From Desulfomonilia bacterium (GTDB lineage: Bacteria > Desulfobacterota > Desulfomonilia > UBA1062), in assembly GCA_963664325.2 (NCBI GenBank), contig CAXXDQ010000008.1, positions 1 through 64,000 on the forward strand: a DNA stretch of 64,000 bases, written 5' to 3'. The position numbers were made by a program, and so were the translations under genes. A model generated the notes under the pieces. That model was not told the origin of the DNA. It saw only the letters and a program-made list of their open reading frames with translations, and did not search any database. This document shows, piece by piece, positions 16,655-27,130 of this stretch (position 1 is its first letter; each line of letters starts with the position of its first letter).

Positions 16655-17920
16655 TTATTTCCTGTCTTTCCATGCCGGCAGCGGCACGAGAATGGTCTTG
16701 GTTTCGGCATAACGCTGGGGCCAGACCGCATAATAAATACCGTTCTGCCATTGATTCATGACCGCGAAGGCCCGCGTATTCTGGCCCGGCTCCGGATCTT
16801 TGTCCCCCTGGAACTTTACGCCCCACCCCATATGCGTGCCGCCCATGGGGACGTCCACCTGCAAAATCACCTTTTTCAAAGCTTCGGGGTCCATGGAGGC
16901 CGCCTTGGGAAGAACGTACTTATAGAATATCCAGGCGCCGGTAAAGGAAGCCATGGCATGCATATCGGGATCTTCGCCGAACTTCTTCTTATAGCGCTCG
17001 AAAACCGTCTTCAGCGGCGGATCCAGTTTGGGGTCGAGGGATTTGGGATTCTTGATGAGCGGAAAATCGGCGCTGAACACGCCGTCCGCATCCTTCCCCA
17101 AGGCTTTCGGGAAATCGGAAATGCCGTGACCGCCGCCGGATCCCACCATGGCTTTGATATTGAGGTTCAATTCCCGCATCTGGCGCTGCCAGAGAATGGC
17201 GTCGTTGACGTAACAGGTCGCCAGGACAACGTCCGGTTTCAGGGACTTGAATTTCATGATCAACGGCGAGAGGTCCGTGACGGATTTGCTGTAGCTTTCC
17301 GTGGCCAGGACTTTGACGCCGCTGTCTTTCAGGCGTTTGATGGCCGCCGACATGACCGACGTGCCGTAGAGGGAGTCTTCATGCATGATGCAGACTTTCA
17401 GGTCTTTTACCGGGATTTTCAGGTCTTTGGACAGTTGTTCCATGGTAAAGTCCGCGGCGGCATTGCCGAAGTTGCTGGCCTTGCTGCAGGGCCGGAAGAG
17501 GTACTTGAAACTTCTCTGCGTGATGTTGTCGGCAATGGCCCCCGTCTCCCAATAGATCCGCTTGTGTTTTTCCGCCACCGAAGAGGCCACATAGGACAGG
17601 GAACTCGAATAGGTTCCGAAAATAACGTTCAGGTTCTCCACGTTGATCAACCGTTCGGCCTCGGAACGGGCCGCATCCGGCGTCGGCGCATCGCCCTTGA
17701 CGAGCTTTATCTTCTTCCCCTTGATGCCGCCTCGTTCATTGATGAGATCCGTTGCGAGTTCCACACCGTTCATGTCATGATTGCCGAGCAGCGCCATGGG
17801 GCCGCTGAGCGGGTAAAGAGCCCCGATTTTGATATCCTGGGCATGCACATTCACCGTTACGGTCAGGACCAGGGCCAGACAGGCCGTGGCGACCAGCATC
17901 TTGGATATGTAGTTCTTCAT
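16655..17920 (-). CDS. ABC transporter substrate-binding protein (Liv type)
   Basis: Signal peptide; IKIGALYPLSG; INERGGI. Confidence 0.9.
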   Translation of the reverse strand: MKNYISKMLVATACLALVLTVTVNVHAQDIKIGALYPLSGPMALLGNHDMNGVELATDLINERGGIKGKKIKLVKGDAPTPDAARSEAERLINVENLNVIFGTYSSSLSYVASSVAEKHKRIYWETGAIADNITQRSFKYLFRPCSKASNFGNAAADFTMEQLSKDLKIPVKDLKVCIMHEDSLYGTSVMSAAIKRLKDSGVKVLATESYSKSVTDLSPLIMKFKSLKPDVVLATCYVNDAILWQRQMRELNLNIKAMVGSGGGHGISDFPKALGKDADGVFSADFPLIKNPKSLDPKLDPPLKTVFERYKKKFGEDPDMHAMASFTGAWIFYKYVLPKAASMDPEALKKVILQVDVPMGGTHMGWGVKFQGDKDPEPGQNTRAFAVMNQWQNGIYYAVWPQRYAETKTILVPLPAWKDRK

Positions 17921-17972
17921 TTTTCCCTCCATTCCGATTTATTTTATTCTCCGGCTGCTCATCGGCCGGACT

Positions 17973-18677
17973 TTATATACCCAGATAGGCTTCCTTCACG
18001 CGGGGGTCTTCGAGGAGGTCCTTTCCCGTGCCCTGGAGTACGATGGAACCGTTTTCCAGGACATAGGCCACATCGGATATCTGCAGGGACCGGAAAACGT
18101 TTTGTTCCACCAGGAGCACCGTGATGCCGTCCGTCCTGATTTTCTGGATGGTTTCAAAGACATTCCGGACCACCAGGGGACTCAGGCCCAGGGACGGTTC
18201 ATCCAGCATGAGGAGCTTCGGTTTGGCCATCAGCCCCCGTCCGATGGCGACCATCTGCTGCTCGCCCCCGCTCAGCGTTCCGGCCAATTGCGCCCGGCGG
18301 TCCTTCAGCTTGGGGAAATAGTCGAAGACCATAGCGAGCAGACGGTGTAAATCCGCCCGCGAGCGCGCGTTGTATGCGCCCAGCTCCAGATTTTCCATGA
18401 CGCTCATGTAGGGAAACAGGAGCCGGCCTTCGGGCACCTGCACGATGCCCTGTGCGACGATCTCATGGGGGGGCCGGTTCTGGAGTTCCCGTCCCAGAAA
18501 GGTCATGGTGCCTTCCACGGACGGGAGGACCCCCGAGATGGTGTTGATCAGCGTTGTTTTGCCCGCGCCGTTCGAGCCGACGATCGAGACGATCTGGCCT
18601 TCCGTGACCGTGAGCGAAACGCGCCGCAAGGCCTGAAGATCCCCGTAATGCGTACTGATGTTATTTAATGCCAGCAT
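17973..18677 (-). CDS. ABC ATP-binding protein (LivF-like)
   Basis: GSNGAGKT, LSGGEQQM, DEPSLGL. Confidence 0.92.
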   Translation of the reverse strand: MLALNNISTHYGDLQALRRVSLTVTEGQIVSIVGSNGAGKTTLINTISGVLPSVEGTMTFLGRELQNRPPHEIVAQGIVQVPEGRLLFPYMSVMENLELGAYNARSRADLHRLLAMVFDYFPKLKDRRAQLAGTLSGGEQQMVAIGRGLMAKPKLLMLDEPSLGLSPLVVRNVFETIQKIRTDGITVLLVEQNVFRSLQISDVAYVLENGSIVLQGTGKDLLEDPRVKEAYLGI

Positions 18678-20478
18678 GATATTCCTCCCCCAGATAGGCA
18701 TCAATGACCCTCTGGTCCTTGGCAATCTCATCGGGCAGCCCCTCCACGACCCTCATGCCGTTGTTGATGACCACAATGCGGTCGGAGAGGGCCATAACGG
18801 CCTTCATGACATGCTCGATCATCAGGATCGTCATGCCGTCGTCGGCAATCGATTTGATAACCTGGATGATGTCTTCCGTTTCTTTCGGGTTCAGTCCCGC
18901 CATGACTTCATCCAGCAGCAGAAGTTCCGGCTGCGTTGCCAGGGCCCGTCCCAATTCCAGTCGTTTGCGGTCCGCGATGGTCAGGTTGGCGGCCAGGGTC
19001 CGGGCGTGATGGATCAGATGGATGCGTCGCAAAATGTTGTATGCTTCCGCCTGCGCCGCCCCGGCATTTTTAATCCTGTTGAAGGCGCCGACCATGACGT
19101 TCTCCAGCACCGTCATGCTCTGAAACGGTTTGACGAGCTGGAATGTGCGGCCGATGCCTTCGTGACAGAAGCGATGGGGTGTTTTCAGGGACGTGATGTT
19201 TTTCCCCCGGAACGTGATCGTGCCCTTGTCCGGGATGACAAATCCGCTGATCAGGTTGAACACGGTGGTCTTCCCGGCGCCGTTGGGTCCGATCAGCCCC
19301 AGGATTTCGCCTTTATAGACCGTAAAGTCCAGGTCCTTGACGGCGTCCAGTCCCCCGAAACGTTTACTGATGGATGCCACCGAGATCAGGGGTTCGGCAT
19401 TCCGGTCGGGCCGTCGCCCGGGTTTTGCAGGGGCCGCGGGAGCGGTTGCGGGGCTGTCCGTTTTTTCCGCCGGCAATTCAAGCGGGATTTTTCGGGAATA
19501 CCGGCCCGCCATTTTCTTGAACCAGCCGACAATGCCCACGGGCAGGAACATGACGGCCACGATCAGGACGACGCCGTAGACGGCAAAATTCAATCCCGAC
19601 AAAACACCTCCCAGCCATCCCCGGAGAAAGACATCGAGAGGCGTCAGGAAGCACGCGCCGATCAGGGGACCGAAAACGGTGCCGATGCCGCCGATGATGG
19701 AAAGAAGGGCCAGCTGGATCGAAAGGGTGGAGGTAAAAACGATATCCGGTTCGATGAACGCAAAGTACTGAGCATAAAACGTTCCGGCAACGGAGGTGAA
19801 GAGAACGCTGATGAAAAGGATGATCATCTTGCAGCGATGTGCATTCACGCCCAGGCTTTCCGCCGCGTTCTGATCCTCACGGAGGGCGACGAGATAATAG
19901 CCGAACCGTGATTGCTTCAAGATGTATGTGAAGATCAGGACGGCCAGCAGCATGAAGAGGATGACGTAGGCGTAGGGCAGTTTGCTGTCGAAGATGAAGT
20001 TGGCCGCGCTTTCCTGGTGGGGAACCAGCAGCCCCACCCCGCCGTTGGTGAGTTCGCGCCAGAAGGAGGCCAGGAGCCGCAGAACTTCGGCAAAAGCAAT
20101 CGTCGCCAGGGCGAAGAAATGACTGGTCAGGCGGAATGTCGGATAACCGATGACCAGGGCCACCAGGACGGACACCCCGGCGCCGGCAAACATGCCCAGC
20201 CAGGGCGATACGCCGTAGTTCAGGAAGAGAATCGTCGAGGTGTAGGCGCCGATACCGAAAAAGCCGGCATGGCCCAGGGAAATCTGGCCGGCGAAACCGC
20301 CCAGAAGATTCCAGGCCGACGCCAGCATGGCCCAGAAAAGGACCATGATCAGCAGGTCCTGGTAAAAAGGATTCTGGGGGATCAGGGGGATCAGGAGCGC
20401 GAGGATAATCGCGACCGGCGTCAGGATTTTTTTATGACGGGCGACAAATTCTGCTGCAGTATTTAAAAAAGAGTTCAT
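18661..20478 (-). CDS. Fused LivM permease-LivG ATPase
   Basis: N-terminal GQISLGHA permease domain; C-terminal GPNGAGKT and LLLDE. Confidence 0.9.
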   Translation of the reverse strand: MNSFLNTAAEFVARHKKILTPVAIILALLIPLIPQNPFYQDLLIMVLFWAMLASAWNLLGGFAGQISLGHAGFFGIGAYTSTILFLNYGVSPWLGMFAGAGVSVLVALVIGYPTFRLTSHFFALATIAFAEVLRLLASFWRELTNGGVGLLVPHQESAANFIFDSKLPYAYVILFMLLAVLIFTYILKQSRFGYYLVALREDQNAAESLGVNAHRCKMIILFISVLFTSVAGTFYAQYFAFIEPDIVFTSTLSIQLALLSIIGGIGTVFGPLIGACFLTPLDVFLRGWLGGVLSGLNFAVYGVVLIVAVMFLPVGIVGWFKKMAGRYSRKIPLELPAEKTDSPATAPAAPAKPGRRPDRNAEPLISVASISKRFGGLDAVKDLDFTVYKGEILGLIGPNGAGKTTVFNLISGFVIPDKGTITFRGKNITSLKTPHRFCHEGIGRTFQLVKPFQSMTVLENVMVGAFNRIKNAGAAQAEAYNILRRIHLIHHARTLAANLTIADRKRLELGRALATQPELLLLDEVMAGLNPKETEDIIQVIKSIADDGMTILMIEHVMKAVMALSDRIVVINNGMRVVEGLPDEIAKDQRVIDAYLGEEYHAGIK

Positions 20479-20485
20479 TTTTCTC

Positions 20486-21349
20486 CTACCGCCTTCCAAA
20501 AAGTCCTGTGGGTCTGAATATCAGGATGAAGATGAACAGGATGAAATACACGACTTCCTTTAAATGGGGCGAAATATAGAATCCGCTGAAACCTTCAATG
20601 ATGCCGATAATCAGGCCGGCAACCAGCGTTCCGCCCAGGCTGTTATAGCCGCCGAGGATTACGGTAACGAAAGCGATCAGCACGAACAGGGAGCCCACGG
20701 TCGGGAAAACGAAGAACATGGGAATCATGATGGCCCCGGCGGCGCCGACACAGGCGATGCCGATGCCGAAAGCGATAGCGTAGGTCCGATAGACGTTGAT
20801 CCCCATCAGCATGGCGGCCTTGCGCTGCTGCGCCAGGGCGCGGATGGCTTTTCCCGTGAAGGTTTTCTTGAGGAACAGAAGCAGGGCCGCAATCAGGCTG
20901 ATGGCCAGGCCGAAGGCAATGAGCCGGGGGACGCTGACGATAAGCTCTCCCATCAGGATGTTCGCATTGCTGTAGGTCGTCTTCACGGTCCGGAAATCGG
21001 CTTTGAACAGGAGCAGGGCCACGTTCTGTAAAACGAGGCTCAGGCCGATGGTGGCGAAGATCTGGTTGATGGGCGGATCATTCAGCAGCGGCTTGATGAT
21101 GATCTGCTGGATGACCAGGCCGAGAACGAAAAAGATGGGTAGAACAATGATGATGCTGAGATACGGATCGATGCCGAAGGCCTGGAACAGAAGAAACGTC
21201 AGGTACATGCTCAGCATGAGGAATTCGCCGTGGGCGAAATTAACCACTTCCAGGACGCCGAATATCAGCGTGAGGCCGATGCTGAGCAGTGCGTACAGGC
21301 CGCCCAGCAATAATCCGTTGATGATTAACTGAAGTATTGTATCCAGCAT
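20486..21349 (-). CDS. ABC permease (LivH-like)
   Basis: GLTLIFGV..VVNFAHG. Confidence 0.92.
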   Translation of the reverse strand: MLDTILQLIINGLLLGGLYALLSIGLTLIFGVLEVVNFAHGEFLMLSMYLTFLLFQAFGIDPYLSIIIVLPIFFVLGLVIQQIIIKPLLNDPPINQIFATIGLSLVLQNVALLLFKADFRTVKTTYSNANILMGELIVSVPRLIAFGLAISLIAALLLFLKKTFTGKAIRALAQQRKAAMLMGINVYRTYAIAFGIGIACVGAAGAIMIPMFFVFPTVGSLFVLIAFVTVILGGYNSLGGTLVAGLIIGIIEGFSGFYISPHLKEVVYFILFIFILIFRPTGLFGRR

Positions 21350-21435
21350 CGGGACAACCTTTCCGAAAGATTGATATCTATCAATTTACAGGACCATGCC
21401 GATCCACTTGATGATGGGGCATGATCCCTATCTTT

Positions 21436-22086
21436 TCAAAATCTCGACTCCTGCCAGGCTTTAAGAAAAATCTGCGACGCTTTTTCGATATGAGCTTCCA
21501 TGGTCCGCTTGGCCTCGGGAAAATCTTTATTCTTGATGGCTTCAACAAGCGATGCGTGCTGGGTTACAAAAAATTCATAATAGGGTTCAAAAAAATATTC
21601 AAAACGGAAATCGAAGGTCCGCCACCTGATGTTTTCAACCAGTTCCCTCAATTCCCTGTTGCCGGATTTTTCCGCAAACAAGCGGTGGAATTGCATGTTG
21701 GCATCCTGCCACACTTTCATCGTGGTGATTTGCTTTTCCGCACGGATGCAGGTTGCCAGGGTTTTGTTGATTTCCATGAGGGCGTCCAGATCGGCGGACG
21801 TGAGGCGCGGCGCGGCCAGTTCGACGCTTTTGGCTTCCAGGGCCGACAATAACTCATACAGGTCTTTTGTTTCCTGGTAGGAAAGCTTGGCCACGGTGGC
21901 GCCCTTGCCGGGACTGAGAATCACAAAGCCGTCTACGCCGAGCAGCTTGAGGGCTTCGCGAACGTACCCGCGGGTCGTTCCCAGGCGTTCGCATAATTCC
22001 ATCTCAACAAGACGCTCGCCGGGGTTCAATTTTCCCTGAATGATGTCTTCACGGATGGCTTTATAGATGTCGTAAGTGGAACGCAT
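21436..22086 (-). CDS. GntR/FCD transcriptional regulator
   Basis: GKLNPGERLVEMEL...VREAL; FCD-like FH..SGN. Confidence 0.9.
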   Translation of the reverse strand: MRSTYDIYKAIREDIIQGKLNPGERLVEMELCERLGTTRGYVREALKLLGVDGFVILSPGKGATVAKLSYQETKDLYELLSALEAKSVELAAPRLTSADLDALMEINKTLATCIRAEKQITTMKVWQDANMQFHRLFAEKSGNRELRELVENIRWRTFDFRFEYFFEPYYEFFVTQHASLVEAIKNKDFPEAKRTMEAHIEKASQIFLKAWQESRF

Positions 22087-22283
22087 AAGTTTCCCGGCAT
22101 ATATTGTCAGCAGTATTGTTAACAATTCTGTTGATAATAGAATCGGGATTATATGTCAAGCTTTTTTTATGCCGATGCAAATTGAAAGGGTGGGTTCCGA
22201 AGAGACGATGCCGGTAAAAACATGAGGGATGCCGCCGTCCGGACCTTTGACCGGGCCCGGCGGGGGCATCCCCTTGGGGTTAC

Positions 22284-22586
22284 TTATTCACAGCCCTGAT
22301 TGCCGTTGAGGATAAATTCCCAGACGCTGTCCGAGAAGCCCTTGTCAATAACCTGGCCGTCTGGCTGGACTTTGAAAATCTGATACCCTTCCAATCCGAC
22401 ATAATGATCGGCCGTATAATAAAGAAGTTCCGATCCGTCCTGTGCTTTCTCCACTTTTGCCGGTTTGCCCCAGAGGCTTTCAAATTCCTTGACACCCATG
22501 GCCATGCCCAAAGCCGGCGCCATCATGGATATCCCCATCACTGCCGCAAACATCCCTGCCATCCATTTTGTCTTCAGTGTTTTCAT
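22284..22586 (-). CDS. Small secreted protein, copy 1
   Basis: GGAGG RBS; signal peptide; WGKP..VE...E.LYY, weakly BamE/SmpA-like. Confidence 0.75.
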   Translation of the reverse strand: MKTLKTKWMAGMFAAVMGISMMAPALGMAMGVKEFESLWGKPAKVEKAQDGSELLYYTADHYVGLEGYQIFKVQPDGQVIDKGFSDSVWEFILNGNQGCE

Positions 22587-22633
22587 TTTTTTATCCTCCA
22601 ATTTCTTTTTAATTATTTTTGATATTTAGGTAT

Positions 22634-22650
22634 TGCTTAAACCGTGCCAA
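22634..22650 (-). promoter_or_regulatory. Sigma54 promoter
   Basis: TTGGCACGGTTTAAGCA: GG-N10-GC. Confidence 0.75.
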
Positions 22651-22794
22651 AGATAATTATTTTATGATATCAACAAGATACAAAAATTTCGTTGTTTAAA
22701 GTGTCCTATTTGGTACATTATATATGTCCTATAGGATATTTATTGACTTGAAATGGAAAATAGGACATATCGAATAGATATAAGGAGATAAGAT

Positions 22795-24354
22795 ATGATT
22801 GACGAGAAAGATTTTTTCCGGGAAGCAACCCTGCGGCTCTGCAGCAGCCTGGATATGGCAAAGGCCTTATGGCGTTGCTTTATGTTCATCCGGGACATGA
22901 TTCCGGCTGATTTTATCGCATTGAATGTCATCTATCCCGGACAGGGAATTTATGAAGTGATTGCTACGGCAGATGTCGATGGCGGCAAGGCCACTTCCGC
23001 CACGAGAACGATCATGGCCGCCGCCCGTCAGGCGTATGAGGAAGCGGTCCAGAACGGTGTTCAACCGCCGGTTTTCACGATCGATCGTGTGGGGGATTAT
23101 GTCGCCCCCGATGCCGCTTTTTTGGAAAACATCGGCCATGTCAATCGGGATACCGCCCTGATCATCCTTCGCACAAGGCTGGAGACGGAAACCTTGGGTT
23201 TTATCACCATCGGCAATAACCAGCGGAAGGTCTATTCACGGGACCATACGCATCTTCTGTCGGTACTGCATTCGCCGTTTGCCATCGCCACGAGCAACTA
23301 TCTCCGCCACCGGGAGGTTTTACGCCTGCGGGACTTGCTTGAAGACGAAAGCCGCTATTTCCAGGACGAGTTGCGCCAGCAGGCCGGCGAGGACATTATC
23401 GGCGCCAACTTCGGGCTGAAGCACGTTATGGACATGGCCCACCAGGTGGCGCCCCTTTCCAGCCCGGTCCTGCTTTTAGGAGAAACGGGAACGGGAAAAG
23501 AGCTGATCGCCAGTGCCATTCATAACCTGTCTCCCCGGAAAGACGGTCCTTTCATCAAAGTCAACTGCGGGGCCATTCCGGAAACCCTCATGGACAGCGA
23601 ACTGTTCGGGCATGAAAAAGGAGCGTTTACGGGTGCGCTGAACCAGAAGCGCGGCCGCTTTGAACGGGCCCATCACGGGACGATTTTCCTGGATGAGATC
23701 GGCGAACTGCCCCCTGAAGCGCAGGTTCGCCTGCTGAGAGTCCTGCAGGAGAAGGAAATCGAACGCATCGGCGGCACGGAACCGGTCAAGGTGGATATCC
23801 GGGTCCTGGCCGCCACCCATCGCAATCTCGATGCCATGCTTTCGGAAGGAACATTTCGTGAAGATCTCTATTTCCGCCTGAACGTTTTTCCGATCATGAT
23901 TCCGCCGCTGAGGCAAAGGAAGGGGGACATTCCGGTCCTGGTGCAGCATTTTATGCAAAAAGGCACGCGGGAAATGGGATTGGCGACCGTACCCGTGCTG
24001 GCGCCGGGAGCCATGAAGAAACTCGTGGCCTACAACTGGCCGGGCAATGTCCGGGAATTGCAGAATATGGTGGAACGGGGGCTCATCTTGAGCAAAGGCA
24101 GCCTTCTGACATTCGACGGACTCGGCGAGACCGTGCAGCCTGCCGCTGTGCCCAGGCCGTTGCCGGCGGAAGAGGGAAATGAAGATATGTCCCTCGACGA
24201 GGCCATGTCGAAGCACATCCTGCACGCCCTGGAAAAGACAGGTGGGAAAGTCGGCGGGGCAAAAGGCGCGGCCCGGCTTTTACAGATCAATCCGTCCACG
24301 CTCAGGAAAAAGATGGTGAAATTGGCCATTCCCTTCGGCAGGAAGGCCCGTTAG
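22795..24354 (+). CDS. Sigma54-dependent activator (GAF-like/AAA+/Fis HTH)
   Basis: [31 protein letters not shown]-terminal HTH. Confidence 0.93.
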   Translation: MIDEKDFFREATLRLCSSLDMAKALWRCFMFIRDMIPADFIALNVIYPGQGIYEVIATADVDGGKATSATRTIMAAARQAYEEAVQNGVQPPVFTIDRVGDYVAPDAAFLENIGHVNRDTALIILRTRLETETLGFITIGNNQRKVYSRDHTHLLSVLHSPFAIATSNYLRHREVLRLRDLLEDESRYFQDELRQQAGEDIIGANFGLKHVMDMAHQVAPLSSPVLLLGETGTGKELIASAIHNLSPRKDGPFIKVNCGAIPETLMDSELFGHEKGAFTGALNQKRGRFERAHHGTIFLDEIGELPPEAQVRLLRVLQEKEIERIGGTEPVKVDIRVLAATHRNLDAMLSEGTFREDLYFRLNVFPIMIPPLRQRKGDIPVLVQHFMQKGTREMGLATVPVLAPGAMKKLVAYNWPGNVRELQNMVERGLILSKGSLLTFDGLGETVQPAAVPRPLPAEEGNEDMSLDEAMSKHILHALEKTGGKVGGAKGAARLLQINPSTLRKKMVKLAIPFGRKAR

Positions 24355-24375
24355 AAAGGTCCTGTTCCTCAAAGA

Positions 24376-24407
24376 AAAAGCCCCGAAAGCATGCCTTCGG
24401 GGCTTTT
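24376..24407. terminator. Bidirectional rho-independent terminator
   Basis: AAAAGCCCCGAA-N8-TTCGGGGCTTTT between convergent genes. Confidence 0.8.
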
Positions 24408-24450
24408 GATATGCTGCATTTTTTCTTAATGCGCTAGCCGGCAGGGATGC

Positions 24451-26163
24451 TTAGAAGTTCAATGTCAGCTTGTGCATGAGCAGGTAGTTGTCCTTTGTCT
24501 TGGCATCCTGATCGAAGCCTTTGAAGTAATCGCCGGTAAACAGGTAGCCGCCGCCGACCGTGTACGTCAGGTTGTCAAAAAGCTTATAGCTGGCAACCAG
24601 GTCGATTTCCGTACCGATCTTATCCGATACGTATTCTTTGATGCCGCCGGCAATAGCATTGCCGAACACGTCTTTTGCCGCGCCGACTTCGCCGTAACCG
24701 GACTTGGGTTTCTTGTCGGCCTGCATATAGGCAATCCGCAGATTGATATTTAACTTATCCGTCGGATTGACGCCGATAAAGGCCTGATAGAACCAGATAT
24801 TGTCGATATAGCGCATCTGGGGGTACCGTACGGCATTTCCGTATGCGAAGCCCATGGGATCCGCATAATCGGTGTTGAACAGAATCAAGGTTTCTGCCGC
24901 GGGTGAACCGTAGTCGTCGGCATACAGATAGGCGACACTGCCTGTCGATTTGTCAGCCGACTTCATATCATCACCGCTCTTATAGATGAATTTCAAACCG
25001 CCATAGAAGGGTTTGAAATCCACCTGGGCCTTGGCGTAGGCGCCGAAAGCGCTCAGGGTTACATCGGAAGGCGGTGTAACGCCTGCAGCGTTGAACGCCG
25101 CTGCCTGAGCGGAGCTTAACGCCTCATATTTTTTCAGGTTCCCGAAGCTGTAGAAGCCTTCCGCCTCGACATAGAGAGGCCCGAATCTCAATTTTGTGTA
25201 GGGATTGATCCTGTTGAGCTGTGTGACATAACCGTTGGTAAGAGCCGCAGAGCCTGCTGCGGCAATAATAACGGGCCCGTTTGTGCTAAAGGAAGGGTTC
25301 GTTGCCTGCGCATAAGCCGGGTTGATCTTCGTGATGGTATCGCGCCAGTACTCATAGGCCACACCGACTTCACCGGGTTTCATTTTATACACGGCGTAAA
25401 TACCGTACAAATCGCCGTCGGAATCATTAGCCACGCCGTTGCTCGCCGCTGTATTGTAGCTGCCTGTTAAATTGGTGACCGCATTGGTTCCGCTCTGGCC
25501 GCCGTAGAAACTCCGGTTCCGGTATTCCCGCATTTTGACGATATCGGCGCTTAGACTCAGAGGGCCGAAAGTGTTCGTCAATGATATGGCGGAACGGGTA
25601 AAAGGCTGCTGGAGAAACGTGGTGCCGAAGTAATCCATCGTGGGATAGAAATAACCGGCCGTGAACTGACCGATACCGGTTTTGAATTTAACGAAGGCCT
25701 GCTCGAATTCAAAATTTTCCTGCACGAGCGCGCCGTTTCCGCCGATGCTGGACCGGCTGGATGTCAGGTTGCTTGTCCGTTGGTTGGTCTGCGTGCCGTT
25801 TGTCCAGGTGGGATCGCCCATCACGCCTTCCAGGGCATCCATCTGCATATGGAACGAGAGGCCTTCCGCGATCTGGACCATGGGGCGCAGAGTCAATTTA
25901 TGTGTATACATGGCAACGGCTCCACGGTTGTTGGTTCGGTTCGTATTGGGGGCGTTGGCGCCGGAACCCCCATTCGGCGCTCCCGTGTTATTCCATGAGG
26001 GGTCGTTTGGATACTGGGTATTCTTATCCAGCAGGGAGTAGTTGTCCATATAGAACCCCTGCATATACCACGTACCGCCGATCTTAAACTCAACGGCAGC
26101 GGCAGGCATCGCCATGGCGGTAATAAGCCCCAGCGATAACAAAACGAGCAAAGATTTTTTCAT
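24451..26163 (-). CDS. Outer-membrane beta-barrel porin-like protein
   Basis: Signal peptide; alternating beta-strand pattern; IGTEIDL.ASY; C-terminal Phe (HKLTLNF). Confidence 0.8.
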   Translation of the reverse strand: MKKSLLVLLSLGLITAMAMPAAAVEFKIGGTWYMQGFYMDNYSLLDKNTQYPNDPSWNNTGAPNGGSGANAPNTNRTNNRGAVAMYTHKLTLRPMVQIAEGLSFHMQMDALEGVMGDPTWTNGTQTNQRTSNLTSSRSSIGGNGALVQENFEFEQAFVKFKTGIGQFTAGYFYPTMDYFGTTFLQQPFTRSAISLTNTFGPLSLSADIVKMREYRNRSFYGGQSGTNAVTNLTGSYNTAASNGVANDSDGDLYGIYAVYKMKPGEVGVAYEYWRDTITKINPAYAQATNPSFSTNGPVIIAAAGSAALTNGYVTQLNRINPYTKLRFGPLYVEAEGFYSFGNLKKYEALSSAQAAAFNAAGVTPPSDVTLSAFGAYAKAQVDFKPFYGGLKFIYKSGDDMKSADKSTGSVAYLYADDYGSPAAETLILFNTDYADPMGFAYGNAVRYPQMRYIDNIWFYQAFIGVNPTDKLNINLRIAYMQADKKPKSGYGEVGAAKDVFGNAIAGGIKEYVSDKIGTEIDLVASYKLFDNLTYTVGGGYLFTGDYFKGFDQDAKTKDNYLLMHKLTLNF

Positions 26164-26555
26164 TTGTTTCCTCCTAAAATTCTGTATTGCTTGTTGGTAC
26201 TGTTTGGTTCTCCCCCGGGTATGTTTCGGGAGAATATTAGGTGACATCCGCATAAAGAATCATTATTTAATGGACCTTACGATTGGAACCACCTCCCTTC
26301 GGCACAGGATAACCGCGAACATTATTGACCTCGGACCGGTTGCCGGCCAAAGTGAGACTCAATAATCGCCTCCCCGGATTGCCTGTGTTCAGTATTCGGT
26401 GTTCCGAACGCTCTTTTTCTTGACTTGAATATGGGTATGTCTCTGGGTTGTTTCTGATTTGTTCATGAAGGATCGTGTATCCCATGGCCCTTATTTGAGG
26501 GACACCGCCGTCCGGACCTTTGAACAGGCCCGGCGGGGGCATCCCTTTGGGTTAC

Positions 26556-26858
26556 TTATTCACAGCCCTGATTGCCGTTGATGGTAAATTCCCAGACGCT
26601 GTCCGAGAAGCCCTTGTCAATGACCTGACCGTCGGGCTGGACTTTGAAAATCTGATACCCTTCCAATCCGACATAATGATCGGCCGTATAATAAAGAAGT
26701 TCCGATCCGTCCTGTGCTTTCTCCACTTTTGCCGGTTTGCCCCAGAGGCTTTCAAATTCCTTGACACCCATGGCCATGCCCAAAGCCGGCGCCATCATGG
26801 ATATCCCCATCACTGCCGCAAACATCCCTGCCATCCATTTTGTCTTCAGTGTTTTCAT
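26556..26858 (-). CDS. Small secreted protein, copy 2
   Basis: Identical to copy 1 except FIL->FTI near the C-terminus. Confidence 0.75.
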   Translation of the reverse strand: MKTLKTKWMAGMFAAVMGISMMAPALGMAMGVKEFESLWGKPAKVEKAQDGSELLYYTADHYVGLEGYQIFKVQPDGQVIDKGFSDSVWEFTINGNQGCE

Positions 26859-26905
26859 TTTTTTATCCTCCAATTTCTTTTTAATTATTTTTGATATTTA
26901 GGTAT

Positions 26906-26922
26906 TGCTTAAACCGTGCCAA
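26906..26922 (-). promoter_or_regulatory. Sigma54 promoter (duplicate)
   Basis: TTGGCACGGTTTAAGCA. Confidence 0.75.
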
Positions 26923-27130
26923 AGATAATTATTTTATGATATCAACAAGATACAAAAATTTCGTTGTTTAAAGTGTCCTATTTGGTACATTATATATGTC
27001 CTATAGGATATTTGATGGTGAAAAATGGAAAATAGGATATATTTTATTATCGAAAGTTTGCGGGGCTGACCTTCACAATTGACAAAACATGATGATCTGA
27101 TATGAAGAAGCATTATTAAAAGGAGATAAT

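Larger units (their letters stand above)
22223..22741. repeat. Direct repeat copy 1 (~520 bp)
   Basis: Near-identical to 26496-27013 (offset ~4272 bp). Confidence 0.95.
26496..27013. repeat. Direct repeat copy 2
   Basis: Matches 22223-22741. Confidence 0.95.

Noticed and set aside
14241-16712. 823-aa plus-strand ORF
   Set aside because: Antisense shadow of the CoA-transferase and dehydratase genes; no recognisable motifs
16751-19911. 457-aa and 417-aa ORFs
   Set aside because: Antisense shadows of the ABC transporter genes in GC-rich sequence
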